A stretch of 53,781 bases of DNA from a virus (IMGVR_UViG_3300020464_000005:1-53781), one strand, 5' to 3'. Numbered from the stretch's first letter, positions 16,805 to 27,174 are shown. Numbers and translations are program-made. The notes: generated by a model not told the origin, from the sequence alone.

Positions 16805-17482
16805 GTGTCATACCTTATAAGTAACGTACCCCATTTTCATTGTTGGGTACGTAAAGAGTTTACTTGCAATCATCAAAGGTATCATGGCGAATTTCTACAC
16901 GCTATGGTTATTGCAGTAAACACTATCCCAGACCGATCACTAAGTTTTCAAGTTGTATTTACAGGATGTGAATCAGATTTAGAAGACGGTATGGAAAATA
17001 TACATGGGGGAGCAATGTGGGCTAGGATGCCAATACAAGCTTTGGTAGCCGACATTCCTGTAGATGAATGGCCCACTCCCATGCAAGATCATTTAGCACA
17101 ACCTTGGGATTGTGAATCAAGACATCATAGCGTTATTGTGATGGATAGAGTAAGTTCTAGTCCGTGGTTATGCAAGATAGATAACGAGTTTTACAAAGGT
17201 AAATACCTATTCACTGTAGACTACACAGATAGTGATATAGCTGATGATCCTGCACAACACAAACAAAGTCATGTGTTATATCTTACAGATGCAGGAGAGT
17301 GGACAGGTAATTTAGTTGCATTACCAAATAACAGAGTTCGTGCAACAAGTCCTGCTTTATGGAGAACAGGTGAAGGTCCTCCAGACTTTGCACCATCTCA
17401 GTGGACACACTCTGCTGAACAACATGAAAGTTATTTAGATCCACATATTACATTTAATAATTTGTATCAGGAGAGTGATTAA
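16805..17482 (+). CDS. Conserved hypothetical phage protein (WDC / HKxSH / PNNR); candidate protease
   Basis: 225-aa globular-looking ORF; the protease role is inference only. Confidence 0.75.
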   Translation: MSYLISNVPHFHCWVRKEFTCNHQRYHGEFLHAMVIAVNTIPDRSLSFQVVFTGCESDLEDGMENIHGGAMWARMPIQALVADIPVDEWPTPMQDHLAQPWDCESRHHSVIVMDRVSSSPWLCKIDNEFYKGKYLFTVDYTDSDIADDPAQHKQSHVLYLTDAGEWTGNLVALPNNRVRATSPALWRTGEGPPDFAPSQWTHSAEQHESYLDPHITFNNLYQESD

Positions 17483-17733
17483 TGGCTTGTAAATGTGGAA
17501 AAGAAGTATGTAGTTGTTCACAAGATTTAATTCCTGATAAAATGGCATACCAAGTAAATAAAAGGAGAATGGCTTGGGTTTTAATTATTCTTATGGGTAT
17601 TACCACTATCCTAACTTTAGCATTTCCAAACAGACTTGCAGAAGCAGAGAGTATCCTTATGACACAATACATAAGTATGTGTGGTTTAGTAGGGGCATAT
17701 TTTGGTTTTAGTGCAATTAGTGGAAGAAAATAA
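17482..17733 (+). CDS. Two-TM membrane protein (holin-like)
   Basis: RRMAW followed by two hydrophobic segments, VGAYFG. Confidence 0.6.
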   Translation: MACKCGKEVCSCSQDLIPDKMAYQVNKRRMAWVLIILMGITTILTLAFPNRLAEAESILMTQYISMCGLVGAYFGFSAISGRK

Positions 17734-17739
17734 TGGTTT

Positions 17740-17985
17740 ATGGAAGGAATTTTACAATACTGGGAGCAACTAATATTTTTTCTCGGTGCTTTAGTTGTAG
17801 CTGTTAAGTTGCATACTGAAGTAACTACATTAAGAAAGGATGTAGATAAGCTGGAAGAAGATTGTAAAAGTGCTAATGAAAAAATACAAACTAATTTTGT
17901 AAGTTCGGTAAGAACCGAAAGTGCAGTTAAAGAAACAGAAAAAAAAATAGAATCTTTATTTATATTACATAATAAAAAGGAATAA
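17740..17985 (+). CDS. TM plus coiled-coil protein
   Basis: N-terminal hydrophobic helix followed by heptad-like region. Confidence 0.6.
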   Translation: MEGILQYWEQLIFFLGALVVAVKLHTEVTTLRKDVDKLEEDCKSANEKIQTNFVSSVRTESAVKETEKKIESLFILHNKKE

Positions 17986-17987
17986 TA

Positions 17988-18446
17988 GTGGAAACAATAA
18001 TAGATAGACTACGTGTAGAATTAGAACAAGATGAAGGTTGCAAGTACCACATATATTTAGATCATTTAGGACTAGCCACAGGAGGGATAGGGCATTTGAT
18101 TAAAGAGTCTGATCCAGAGCATAGTAAACCTGTAGGTACAGTTATAAGTAAAGAACGAGTTGATGAATGGTTTGAACAGGACATTATGACTACAATACAT
18201 GACTGTAAAAAAGTATTTGATGATTGGAATGCTATGGATGAACAAGTAAAACTAATCATGGCAAATATGATGTTTAATCTCGGATACCCAAGATTTTGCA
18301 AATTTAAACTAATGATACAGGCTGTAAGAGATGGCGACCACATCGAAGCCGCAAATCAAATGAAACAGAGCAGATGGTACAAACAGGTAACAAACAGAGC
18401 AGAAAGACTGATAAGCCGAATGAAAGGTGTCGATTTACACAAATAG
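17988..18446 (+). CDS. Endolysin, T4-type lysozyme (GH24)
   Basis: DEG..IYLDHLG..TGGIGH (E-D-T triad), NMMFNLG, SRWYKQV.NRA. Confidence 0.9.
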   Translation: METIIDRLRVELEQDEGCKYHIYLDHLGLATGGIGHLIKESDPEHSKPVGTVISKERVDEWFEQDIMTTIHDCKKVFDDWNAMDEQVKLIMANMMFNLGYPRFCKFKLMIQAVRDGDHIEAANQMKQSRWYKQVTNRAERLISRMKGVDLHK

Positions 18447-18536
18447 AACTTATCAAGCAACAAGACAGGGAAAAACATAAGCTAACCTTGTCTCAATATT
18501 TTAAACCTAGAGACAGGGAATTTAAAGGATATAAAC

Positions 18537-19016
18537 ATGCTTGACCCAATCACCCTATCTGCCGCTGTTAGTGGGGCAACAGCCGCATATAATGGCATAA
18601 AAAAAGCCATTATGATGGGTAAGGAAATTGAAGATTTAGGATCTCAATTGTCCACATGGATGTCGGCTGTAAGTGATGTAGATAACATTCACAAAAATGC
18701 AAACAGTCCTTCAACGTTTGATAAACTATTTAATGGCTCAATTGAACAAGTTGCAATAGAGTCTTTCGCAAGTAAAAAGAAACTTGCAAAGCAAAGAGAA
18801 GAACTTAAAAATTTTTTAGTGGCACATTACGGAACAAAGGCATGGGATGATTTGATCCGTGAAGAAGGTCGTATAAGACGAGCTAGAAAGGAAGCTGTGT
18901 ATGCTAGGGAAGAAAAAAACAGACAGATACGAGACTATACCATCATAGGCATTGCATCACTCATAGGATGTGGAGCATTGGGATGGATGGTATGGATAAT
19001 AACTCTTTCCGTTTAG
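18537..19016 (+). CDS. Hypothetical protein with C-terminal TM
   Basis: AAGGA SD; 159 aa; C-terminal hydrophobic helix. Confidence 0.7.
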   Translation: MLDPITLSAAVSGATAAYNGIKKAIMMGKEIEDLGSQLSTWMSAVSDVDNIHKNANSPSTFDKLFNGSIEQVAIESFASKKKLAKQREELKNFLVAHYGTKAWDDLIREEGRIRRARKEAVYAREEKNRQIRDYTIIGIASLIGCGALGWMVWIITLSV

Positions 19017-19285
19017 CTTTACTCACATTAGCTTTTGTTATTTATATCCTGTTAGGGATAAGTGAAGCAAGAGGTGAAATGACGACTTGTAGATTAGCAA
19101 GTCAAATACTGGGGAACAAACAACGTGTGTGTGTATTTATTGGAGCAAACAATACTCAATATCGAGAATACCTTCCGTATGATGCTGGAGAGTGTCCAAG
19201 AGAGTATCAATGCCCTTATAGACCGAATGAAGAACCCTTTGACATAAAAAGTGTAATAAAAAGCATAAAAGACCAATTTAAATGA
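18992..19285 (+). CDS. Putative secreted Cys-rich protein
   Basis: Signal-like N-terminus; TCRL, VCVF, CPREYQC; start uncertain. Confidence 0.6.
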   Translation: MDNNSFRLALLTLAFVIYILLGISEARGEMTTCRLASQILGNKQRVCVFIGANNTQYREYLPYDAGECPREYQCPYRPNEEPFDIKSVIKSIKDQFK

Positions 19286-19291
19286 TAAAGG

Positions 19292-19320
19292 TTGCAATTT
19301 ATTTCGTATACATATATACT
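19292..19320 (+). promoter_or_regulatory. Internal sigma70-type promoter for tail genes
   Basis: TTGCAA, 17 nt, TATACT. Confidence 0.55.
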
Positions 19321-19325
19321 AGAAT

Positions 19326-19484
19326 ATGAAGCAGTTGTGTAAAGAAGCGTTTGAGTTTGCTATGAAAAAAGCAACTACCGAACAACAAAAAGATCAAATC
19401 ATAAAAAACTTTAAAGAAGTTTACAAATTAATTTATAAATTAGAGAAACAAGATGGCAAGCACGTATCTGACACTCGTAAATAA
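19326..19484 (+). CDS. 52-aa putative leaderless ORF
   Basis: ATG begins 6 nt after the -10 box; no SD; overlaps the next gene. Confidence 0.4.
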   Translation: MKQLCKEAFEFAMKKATTEQQKDQIIKNFKEVYKLIYKLEKQDGKHVSDTRK

Positions 19485-20520
19485 TGTGTTGAGAGATGTT
19501 AATGAAGTTGAACTAACCAGTTCTAATTTTGGTAGTTCAAGGGGTATACAAACATCTGTAAAAGATTTTGTGAATAGATCTATATCAGATATAATTAACT
19601 CTGAACTTAACTGGCCCTTTACACGATCAGAAGGTTCACTAGATCTTACATCTGGAAAACAACTATATGCATTTGCTACTGTTTCATCTTCTTTAAAATA
19701 TCTTGATTATGATACTGTATTTTTACAACCAAAAGATTATATTACAAACGGTGATTACGAAGTTTCTGGATCGGCATCAATAACTGGCTGGACAACTGTA
19801 TCAGGTAGCCCTGCAGCTAGTTCTAAATTTGGCAACACACTTAAATTAACAAGTGCATCTGCTACACAAGAAATATCAGATCTTGTTGTGGGTAAAGCAT
19901 ACGAAGTTATAGTTAAATTATCTGGTGCAACAATAGTTGCTACTATTGGAACATCTTCTGGGGGTTCGCAAACTAAATCTCAAACCATAACAATAAGTAA
20001 TGCAAATGAATCATCTTATACAAGTTTTACATTTACTGCAACGGCTGTAACTCATTTTGTTACATTAACAGAAAGTTCAGGGTCTAACGCTTTTGTAGGA
20101 TTTATTAGCCTTACAGAAGATGACGTAAACCCAAAACGATTAAAATATTTAACATATGAAGAATGGAATGATAACTTTAGAGAAAAAGACTCTGCAGCAT
20201 CTACTGATAAACTTGGTGAGCCAGAATATGTTTACACCACATACAATGATGAAGTAGGATTGAGTCCTGTACCAGATACAGATAATTTATCAATAAAATT
20301 TGATTATTATATTACACATACAGATTTATCTGGGGCTACAGACACTTCTATTATACCAACAAGATTTGAACCAGTAATAATTGCACGATCTAGATACTAT
20401 GCTTTTATGTTGCGTTCTGATTTACAAAACGCACAGTTTGCAAACAAAGAATATCAAGATGGTGTTAAAAGAATGAGAGTTGAACTCATTAACAGAAAAA
20501 ACTATGTGAGGGCTGTGTAG
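19453..20520 (+). CDS. Head-tail adaptor/tail tubular protein A-like, with inserted beta domain
   Basis: TYLTLVNNVLR, WPF, P.PD, IPTRFEPVI; S/T-rich insert. Confidence 0.7.
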   Translation: MASTYLTLVNNVLRDVNEVELTSSNFGSSRGIQTSVKDFVNRSISDIINSELNWPFTRSEGSLDLTSGKQLYAFATVSSSLKYLDYDTVFLQPKDYITNGDYEVSGSASITGWTTVSGSPAASSKFGNTLKLTSASATQEISDLVVGKAYEVIVKLSGATIVATIGTSSGGSQTKSQTITISNANESSYTSFTFTATAVTHFVTLTESSGSNAFVGFISLTEDDVNPKRLKYLTYEEWNDNFREKDSAASTDKLGEPEYVYTTYNDEVGLSPVPDTDNLSIKFDYYITHTDLSGATDTSIIPTRFEPVIIARSRYYAFMLRSDLQNAQFANKEYQDGVKRMRVELINRKNYVRAV

Positions 20521-22269
20521 ATGCCTGATCTGTCTCAAACTCAACCTTTTGCATTTACCTGTGAGGGTGGACTTGTTAAAAACAGATCTACATTTATTAT
20601 GCAACCCGGACAAGCGTTAGAGTTGTTAAATTTTGAACCTGATATAAAAGGTGGGTATAGAAGAATAAATGGGTTTAAAAACTACGTAAACCAAATAGTA
20701 CCTCAAACATCTGCTAGTTCAGAAAAAGTTTTGATGTCTGCGTTGTTTAACAATAACATTGTTGCGGCCAGAGGAGAAAAGATATTTACTTCAGCATCTA
20801 CTGAGTTAGGAACATTAAGCACTAATGCTATAGCTGCCGATACTTCAATGACAGGTTCTAGCACAATTACAGTTAAAAGCACATCAGGGTTTAGTTCAAG
20901 TGGAACATTACAAATTAATTCAGAACAATTTACATACACTGGAAAAACGGCAACAACATTTACAGGAGTTACTAGAGCAGTTAATAGTACAACAGCTGCA
21001 GCTCACTCAGCAAGTGGAGAAACTGCTCAAACAGTTGTATCCGAAAGTTGGACAGTAAGAGATACTGGAAGAACAAACGCTGGGAAATATACGTTTGAAA
21101 GATTTAATTTTGACGGAAATGAAAAATTAATTGTTACTGATGGAGTTAATGATCCAACAGTTTTTAACACATCTTTTTCAGCAACAGATGTTACTGAATC
21201 AAGTGTAGAAGGTGCAAAATTTGTAACAGCATTTAGAGAACATATGTTCTATGCTGGTATGTCTAGTACACCACAAGAAATAATATTTAGTCAACCTTTT
21301 GATGAAGATGCTTTTAATACAGGCAGTGGTGCAGGATCTGTAAAAGTTGATGATACCGTTGTTGGATTAAAAGTTTTCCGTGAAAATTTATTTATATTTT
21401 GTGAAAACAGAATATTTAAATTAACAGGAAGTTCATCAACAGATTTTGCAATAGCTCCTGTTACAAGAGATATAGGATGTATAAATGGAGATACAATACA
21501 AGAATTTGCAGGTGACTTAATATTCTTAGGACCTGATGGATTAAGAACAGTTGCTGGTACTGCAAAAATTGGTGACGTTGCATTGGGTACAGTTAGTTCT
21601 AATGTACAATCTTTGTTTGATGAAAATATTATAGATTCTAATTTATTTGATTCTGTAGTTATAGCTGACAAAACACAGTATAGAATTTTTTTTACAAAAG
21701 ATGATTCGGCTGAGTCTTTTACAGATGGTGTTATTTGTGTAATGAAAGGACAAAACTTTGAATTTTCAGAAATACGTGGGATAAAACCATCATGCACAGA
21801 TACATTTGTTGAAACAGGTGATATATTAGTTGTTCATGGAGGATTTGATGGATATGTTTATAGACAAGAAAAAGGCAATGATTTTAATGGAGTTTCAATA
21901 AAAGGTAGGTATAGAAGTCCAGATTTAACATTTGGTGATCCGGGCATACGAAAACATATGCATCGTGTTATTTTAAACTATGCACCAGAATCGTCTATTA
22001 ATGCTGATATGTTTGTAAGATATGATTACGAAGGTAAGGATTCAGCTAGACCTGCAGCTTATCCACTAGATTCTACAGACATCGTTGCAATATACGGAAC
22101 ATCAAGTTATGGAACACCTACATATGGTGGTGCATCACAACCACTTATAAGGCAACCAGTAGAAGGTTCAGGATTTGCAGTAGCATTAAGAGTAAACGAC
22201 AACGCAACAACAGCACCATATTCATTGAAAGGATTTGGTCTAGAATATCAAGTAGGGGCAAGAAGGTAA
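20521..22269 (+). CDS. Tail tubular protein B/nozzle-like
   Basis: Position; NFEPDIKGGYRRINGF; propeller-like repeats; IFLGPDGLR. Confidence 0.7.
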   Translation: MPDLSQTQPFAFTCEGGLVKNRSTFIMQPGQALELLNFEPDIKGGYRRINGFKNYVNQIVPQTSASSEKVLMSALFNNNIVAARGEKIFTSASTELGTLSTNAIAADTSMTGSSTITVKSTSGFSSSGTLQINSEQFTYTGKTATTFTGVTRAVNSTTAAAHSASGETAQTVVSESWTVRDTGRTNAGKYTFERFNFDGNEKLIVTDGVNDPTVFNTSFSATDVTESSVEGAKFVTAFREHMFYAGMSSTPQEIIFSQPFDEDAFNTGSGAGSVKVDDTVVGLKVFRENLFIFCENRIFKLTGSSSTDFAIAPVTRDIGCINGDTIQEFAGDLIFLGPDGLRTVAGTAKIGDVALGTVSSNVQSLFDENIIDSNLFDSVVIADKTQYRIFFTKDDSAESFTDGVICVMKGQNFEFSEIRGIKPSCTDTFVETGDILVVHGGFDGYVYRQEKGNDFNGVSIKGRYRSPDLTFGDPGIRKHMHRVILNYAPESSINADMFVRYDYEGKDSARPAAYPLDSTDIVAIYGTSSYGTPTYGGASQPLIRQPVEGSGFAVALRVNDNATTAPYSLKGFGLEYQVGARR

Positions 22270-25200
22270 ATGGGAGCAACATATACACGACAGTCATCTT
22301 ATACTGACGGTGACGTAATCACAGCAGCACATACCAATGATGAGTTTGACCAACTATTAGCAGCTTTTCAAGCAAGCACAGGACACACTCACGATGGCAC
22401 TGCAAATGAAGGTGGGGCTATAACTAAGTTATTAGGTAACACATTAACCTTTGGTGCAGGAACTGCAGGAACAGACATTGCAATTACATTTGATGGAGAG
22501 AGCAATGATGGTGTGCTTACATGGATGGAAGACGAAGACTATTTTAAGTTTTCAGATGATATATTAATTATAGATGATGAACAATTAATATTTGGTTCAG
22601 ATTCAAATGTTGCAATTAGTTATGATGAAACTACAACTGATTCTCTAAAAATAGCTGCAACTGAAGGTGCAGGTTTAGCTATTACATTAATGGCTGACGA
22701 AGGGGATGATGCAGGAGATGAATGGAAATTAAATATAGCTGATGGTGGCACACTAACATTAGGTAATGATATAGCGAGTGCAGGAAGTTATGTAACACAT
22801 CTTACTTTAACTCCTAATTCTACAGTAGCTAACTCTACATTAGCTGTAGCAGGTAACTTAACTGTAGGTGGAACATTAACACTAGGTTCAGGTGCAGAGT
22901 TAGCTGAAGCTGAATTAGAAATGCTTGATGGCATTACTGCAGGTACTGTTGCTGCTAGTAAGGCTATGGTTGTAGATGCTAATAAAGATATAGGAACAGT
23001 TCGTAACCTAACCATAGATGGTACATTTTCCGATGGCAACTATACTTTTGATACAAGTGGTAATGTTAGTGGTTTAGGAACTATATCTTCAGGTGCTATA
23101 ACAACATCAGGTGTTCTTGATATAACAAATACTACTGATTCTAGTGATGCTACAGGAGATACAGGAGCATTAAGAACTGAAGGTGGTGCAAGTATAGCCA
23201 AAAAGCTATATGTAGGTACAGATTTAGATGTAGATGGTACAACTAATTTAGATGCTGTTGACATTGATGGTGCAGTTCAGATTGACTCAACTGTAACTAT
23301 TGGTGCAGATGACCAAGGCTATGACATCATTTTCTATGGGGATACAGCTTCTGCTAATATGACTTGGGATACATCTGCTGATGATTTAATATTTAACGGT
23401 GCAGCACGACTTGTTGTTCCTGAAGGACAATTAGTATTAGGAAGTACAGCCGTATCTTCAACAGCTACAGAGTTAAACTTGCTTGATGGTGTATCAGGAT
23501 TAGTACAAGCCGATTTTACTAAACTTGCCGCTGTTGATTCGACAGCAGGTGAACTTAATATTATAGATGGTGATACAAGTGCAACATCAACGACATTAGC
23601 AGACGCTGATAGAGTTGTAGTAAATGACAACGGAACAATGGTTCAGGTTGCTCTAACTGACTTTGAAACATACTTTGAGTCAGCTTTAGATACACTTTCT
23701 AATGTAACTACTGTAGGTGCGTTAAATAGTGGTTCAATAACAAGTGGCTTTGGTGCTATTGACAATGGCTCAAGTGCTATAACAACTACAGGCACTATAA
23801 CAGGTGGTTCTTTAGATATATCAGGTAATGCAGATATTGATGGAGTAACCAATTTAGATAATACAGACATAGACGGTACGCTTGTTGTTGATGGTTCTAA
23901 TATATCATTAGACAGTACATCTACTTTAAACATAGATAACTCTAATACATCTAACGGAATAACAATCGGAACAGCAACGTCAAGTGTTCCAATATCTATA
24001 GGGCATACTACATCTGAAGTAACAGTTAATGATAACCTTACAGTTACAGGTGACTTAACAGTATCAGGCACAACAACTACTGTAAACTCAACAACCGTAA
24101 ACTTAAATGACCACAATATTGTACTTGACAGTGGTAACAGTACATCTGCTGTAATTAATGGTGCAGGTATTACAATAGAAGGTGGTTCAGGTGATGATGC
24201 CACATTTAGCTACAACACAACAGGCCCTAAGTTTGAACTAAAATTAGGTTCTAGTTACGAAACCTTACAAGTTGACCAACTTATTGCAGATTCATTAGAT
24301 ATAGAGGGCAATATAGATGTCAATGGTACAACTAATTTAGATGCAGTTGATATAGATGGTGCTGTTGATATGGCAACAACTCTTGGTGTAACTGGTAATT
24401 TAACATTAGGTGCTAAATTAATTATGCCTGATGTAACAAATGCTAAAATATTAGTATCAGATGGAACAAGTTATGAAGAAGTAGCAGTATCAGGTGACGT
24501 TACAATAGCTAACACAGGTGCTGTAACAATCGCTAGTGGTGCAGTTGAAACTGCCATGATTGCTGGAGATGCAATAACAGAAGCTAAAATTGCTGATGAT
24601 GCTGTTGAAAGTGAACATCTAAATAACAACGTAATATCTGGTCAAACAGAAATCACCAGTGGTTTAGCTGATGCAGATGAGTTGCTTTATTCTGATGCTG
24701 GAACACTTAAAAAAGTTGGGATGGATACTCTCAAAACTTATTTTTCTGCTGTTGCAGGAAGTAGTTCTATTGTCACAACTGGTGCATTAGATAGTGGTAG
24801 CATCACAAGTAATTTTGGAAGTATTAATAACGGCTCATCTGCCATTACAACCACAGGAACAGTTACCTACGGCAGTCTTAGTGACGGTTCAATAACGATT
24901 ACAGCGTTTGTTGATGAAGACGATATGAATAGTAACAGTGCTACTTTAGTTCCTACCCAACAATCTGTTAAGGCTTATGTTGATGACAATTCTGGGGGTA
25001 TGAGTAGCTTTGTTATTGAAGATGGAGATACAACAGAAGTTAGTATAACTAATGGCAAAGAAATTAAGTTTGTTGAAGGTGGTGGTATTAACATTAACTG
25101 GACAGACACTTCAACTGGTTCAGATGCTGACCCTTATGATTTAACATTTACCATAAATGCAGCACAGACAGATATTACTTCAATTCATGCAACTGATTTA

Positions 25201-25845
25201 ATTATAGGTGAAGATTCACAAACTGCTGTTGATTTTGGAACAGCAAATGAAATAGATTTTAAAGTTGATAATGCAGTAAGATTAACATTAACAACAGGGG
25301 CTTTACGACCTGAAACTAATAATCAAATAGACTTAGGAACTTCTAGTTTAGAATTTAAAGATGCTTTCTTTGATGGAACAGTAACTTCTGATGCTTTTGC
25401 TGGACCTTTGACAGGTGATGTAACAGGTAATGCAGATACAGCTACAGCGTTAGCTACAGGTAGAACTATTGCAATGACAGGAGATGTTGCGTGGACATCT
25501 GCTAGTTTTGATGGGTCAGGTAATGTAACAGGCAGTGCTACAATACAGGCTGATGCAGTAGAACAATCTATGATAGCTGATGATGCTGTAGGTGCAGACC
25601 AATTAGCATCAAATGCTGTAGTCAACGCAAGTGTAGCATCAGGTGCAGCGATAGCCTTTAGCAAGATGGCAAACCTTACAACTGGAAGAGCTTTGGTGTC
25701 TGATGGTAGTGGAGATGTTTCAGTAAGTGCTGTTACTTCAACAGAAGTAGGATATTTAGATGGTGTATCATCTAATATTCAAACACAATTAAATGCAAAA
25801 GCAACAACAGATGATGCGACAGCATTAGCAATAGCACTAGGATAA
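22270..25845 (+). CDS. Tail fibre protein
   Basis: 1191 aa G/T/D-rich; internal repeats DG[TV]TNLD x3 and GALxSGSITSxFG x2; C-terminal ALAIALG. Confidence 0.8.
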   Translation: MGATYTRQSSYTDGDVITAAHTNDEFDQLLAAFQASTGHTHDGTANEGGAITKLLGNTLTFGAGTAGTDIAITFDGESNDGVLTWMEDEDYFKFSDDILIIDDEQLIFGSDSNVAISYDETTTDSLKIAATEGAGLAITLMADEGDDAGDEWKLNIADGGTLTLGNDIASAGSYVTHLTLTPNSTVANSTLAVAGNLTVGGTLTLGSGAELAEAELEMLDGITAGTVAASKAMVVDANKDIGTVRNLTIDGTFSDGNYTFDTSGNVSGLGTISSGAITTSGVLDITNTTDSSDATGDTGALRTEGGASIAKKLYVGTDLDVDGTTNLDAVDIDGAVQIDSTVTIGADDQGYDIIFYGDTASANMTWDTSADDLIFNGAARLVVPEGQLVLGSTAVSSTATELNLLDGVSGLVQADFTKLAAVDSTAGELNIIDGDTSATSTTLADADRVVVNDNGTMVQVALTDFETYFESALDTLSNVTTVGALNSGSITSGFGAIDNGSSAITTTGTITGGSLDISGNADIDGVTNLDNTDIDGTLVVDGSNISLDSTSTLNIDNSNTSNGITIGTATSSVPISIGHTTSEVTVNDNLTVTGDLTVSGTTTTVNSTTVNLNDHNIVLDSGNSTSAVINGAGITIEGGSGDDATFSYNTTGPKFELKLGSSYETLQVDQLIADSLDIEGNIDVNGTTNLDAVDIDGAVDMATTLGVTGNLTLGAKLIMPDVTNAKILVSDGTSYEEVAVSGDVTIANTGAVTIASGAVETAMIAGDAITEAKIADDAVESEHLNNNVISGQTEITSGLADADELLYSDAGTLKKVGMDTLKTYFSAVAGSSSIVTTGALDSGSITSNFGSINNGSSAITTTGTVTYGSLSDGSITITAFVDEDDMNSNSATLVPTQQSVKAYVDDNSGGMSSFVIEDGDTTEVSITNGKEIKFVEGGGININWTDTSTGSDADPYDLTFTINAAQTDITSIHATDLIIGEDSQTAVDFGTANEIDFKVDNAVRLTLTTGALRPETNNQIDLGTSSLEFKDAFFDGTVTSDAFAGPLTGDVTGNADTATALATGRTIAMTGDVAWTSASFDGSGNVTGSATIQADAVEQSMIADDAVGADQLASNAVVNASVASGAAIAFSKMANLTTGRALVSDGSGDVSVSAVTSTEVGYLDGVSSNIQTQLNAKATTDDATALAIALG

Positions 25846-25901
25846 TTTGCTTTACAAATTACTAATTTTAGTGTTTAATTATATAAAAAGGAGAAAATAA
25901 A

Positions 25902-26351
25902 ATGGCAAATTCGGCAACAGTTAATATAACTGCAACATTGCTGCCTGACACAATATCAAAAGTTATAGAGGGCAGTACAACTATTAGTCCTGCTGATGCT
26001 AATGATAAATGGTATTATAAATTTACCAATGTATCTAATTCATCAACAGATTTAATAGCTGGATATTTTTTAGATTATGCTGGAGTAGATGATGATACAT
26101 CTCCTACAGCAGTTCATGCAAATGACAAAGTAAATTTTTTATTTATTAAAAACACTCATGCAAGTGCAGATGTTTATATTGTTATTGATGCAGGTACAGC
26201 TTCAACTTCAGTAGGTGATGGAATTAAAATAGCTGCTGGACATTCGTGGTTTGGTAATTTACCAAATACAACAGTGGCAGATGTTCATGCGATTACATCA
26301 ACAGGAACAGTTGATTGTGTAGTTGCTGCTTTATTAGATGATGTTGGTTAA
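25902..26351 (+). CDS. Tail-associated structural protein
   Basis: AAGGAG SD; beta-rich; tail module context. Confidence 0.6.
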   Translation: MANSATVNITATLLPDTISKVIEGSTTISPADANDKWYYKFTNVSNSSTDLIAGYFLDYAGVDDDTSPTAVHANDKVNFLFIKNTHASADVYIVIDAGTASTSVGDGIKIAAGHSWFGNLPNTTVADVHAITSTGTVDCVVAALLDDVG

Positions 26352-26353
26352 AT

Positions 26354-26704
26354 ATGGCAAACACATTTAAATTAAAAAGTAAATCAGGTGTAAGTACACA
26401 AGCCTTTACTTTGCAGACTTTATACACAGTTCCAAGTTCAACTACAACAATTATCTTATCCCTTAACCTTTGCAACAATCATAGTGAAGCAGTAAAGGCA
26501 ACAGTTAATATTGAAAGTAATACTTCAGATACTGAAACAAATTCAGATGTAAATATTCAGAAAGATATAGTTGTTGGTGGTGGTGGTAGTGTTGAGATGA
26601 TGACAGGAAATAAATACGTTTTACAAGCAACAGATGTTTTAAAAATTTCAAGTTCTGTTGCTGGTATGTTAGATGCTTCTTTATCAATAATGGAAATTAC
26701 GTGA
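26354..26704 (+). CDS. Tail fibre-associated protein (MANTFK type)
   Basis: MANTFK..LYTVP..KYVLQATDVL..SIMEIT. Confidence 0.65.
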   Translation: MANTFKLKSKSGVSTQAFTLQTLYTVPSSTTTIILSLNLCNNHSEAVKATVNIESNTSDTETNSDVNIQKDIVVGGGGSVEMMTGNKYVLQATDVLKISSSVAGMLDASLSIMEIT

Positions 26705-27174
26705 TAAAAACACCAAATTTTCAAGGCACTCATTTATGGAATAGACTATGTTGGGCAAAAGAAAATCTTGAGCCTGTTAAAAGTGATATTAAAGTTGTAT
26801 ATGAAGACCCAAAAGACATGGAAAATCCAGCAAAGGTGTTATCTCCTGACCCTAACTGGATGGCTTGTGCAATTCAAGGTGGTATTCTGCCACCTGTAGA
26901 AGTATATTGGGAACTAGCAAAAGATGAAGCACAACCTAACTTTGTAAAGCATACAAGAGGGTATTTATTGCATAACACTAAACCTGTTGAAGCAATGACA
27001 GAAGAACAAGCAATAGAATACTTAATCCAAAAAGATATTCCACAACGTGTATGGCGAACATGGAATGAGGGTAATAAACCAAAAATGGTTATATGCCGAG
27101 CACATCAACTGCCTAAACACCGTCAATGGCGAGATGCATGGCAAATTAGAGATGACATTAAATTAGTAGCATAG
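26701..27174 (+). CDS. Tail-associated hypothetical protein
   Basis: MTEEQAIEYL..KDIP, LP..RQWRDAW. Confidence 0.6.
   Translation: MIKTPNFQGTHLWNRLCWAKENLEPVKSDIKVVYEDPKDMENPAKVLSPDPNWMACAIQGGILPPVEVYWELAKDEAQPNFVKHTRGYLLHNTKPVEAMTEEQAIEYLIQKDIPQRVWRTWNEGNKPKMVICRAHQLPKHRQWRDAWQIRDDIKLVA

Noticed and set aside
23200-24870. Tail-fibre internal repeats as a diversity-generating retroelement TR/VR pair
   Set aside because: No reverse transcriptase gene; the repeats are in-frame protein repeats without adenine-specific differences.
21291-25664. Long antisense ORFs within the tail genes (also 29791-30729, 31256-31738)
   Set aside because: Shadow frames caused by codon bias of the plus-strand genes; no SD or recognisable motifs.
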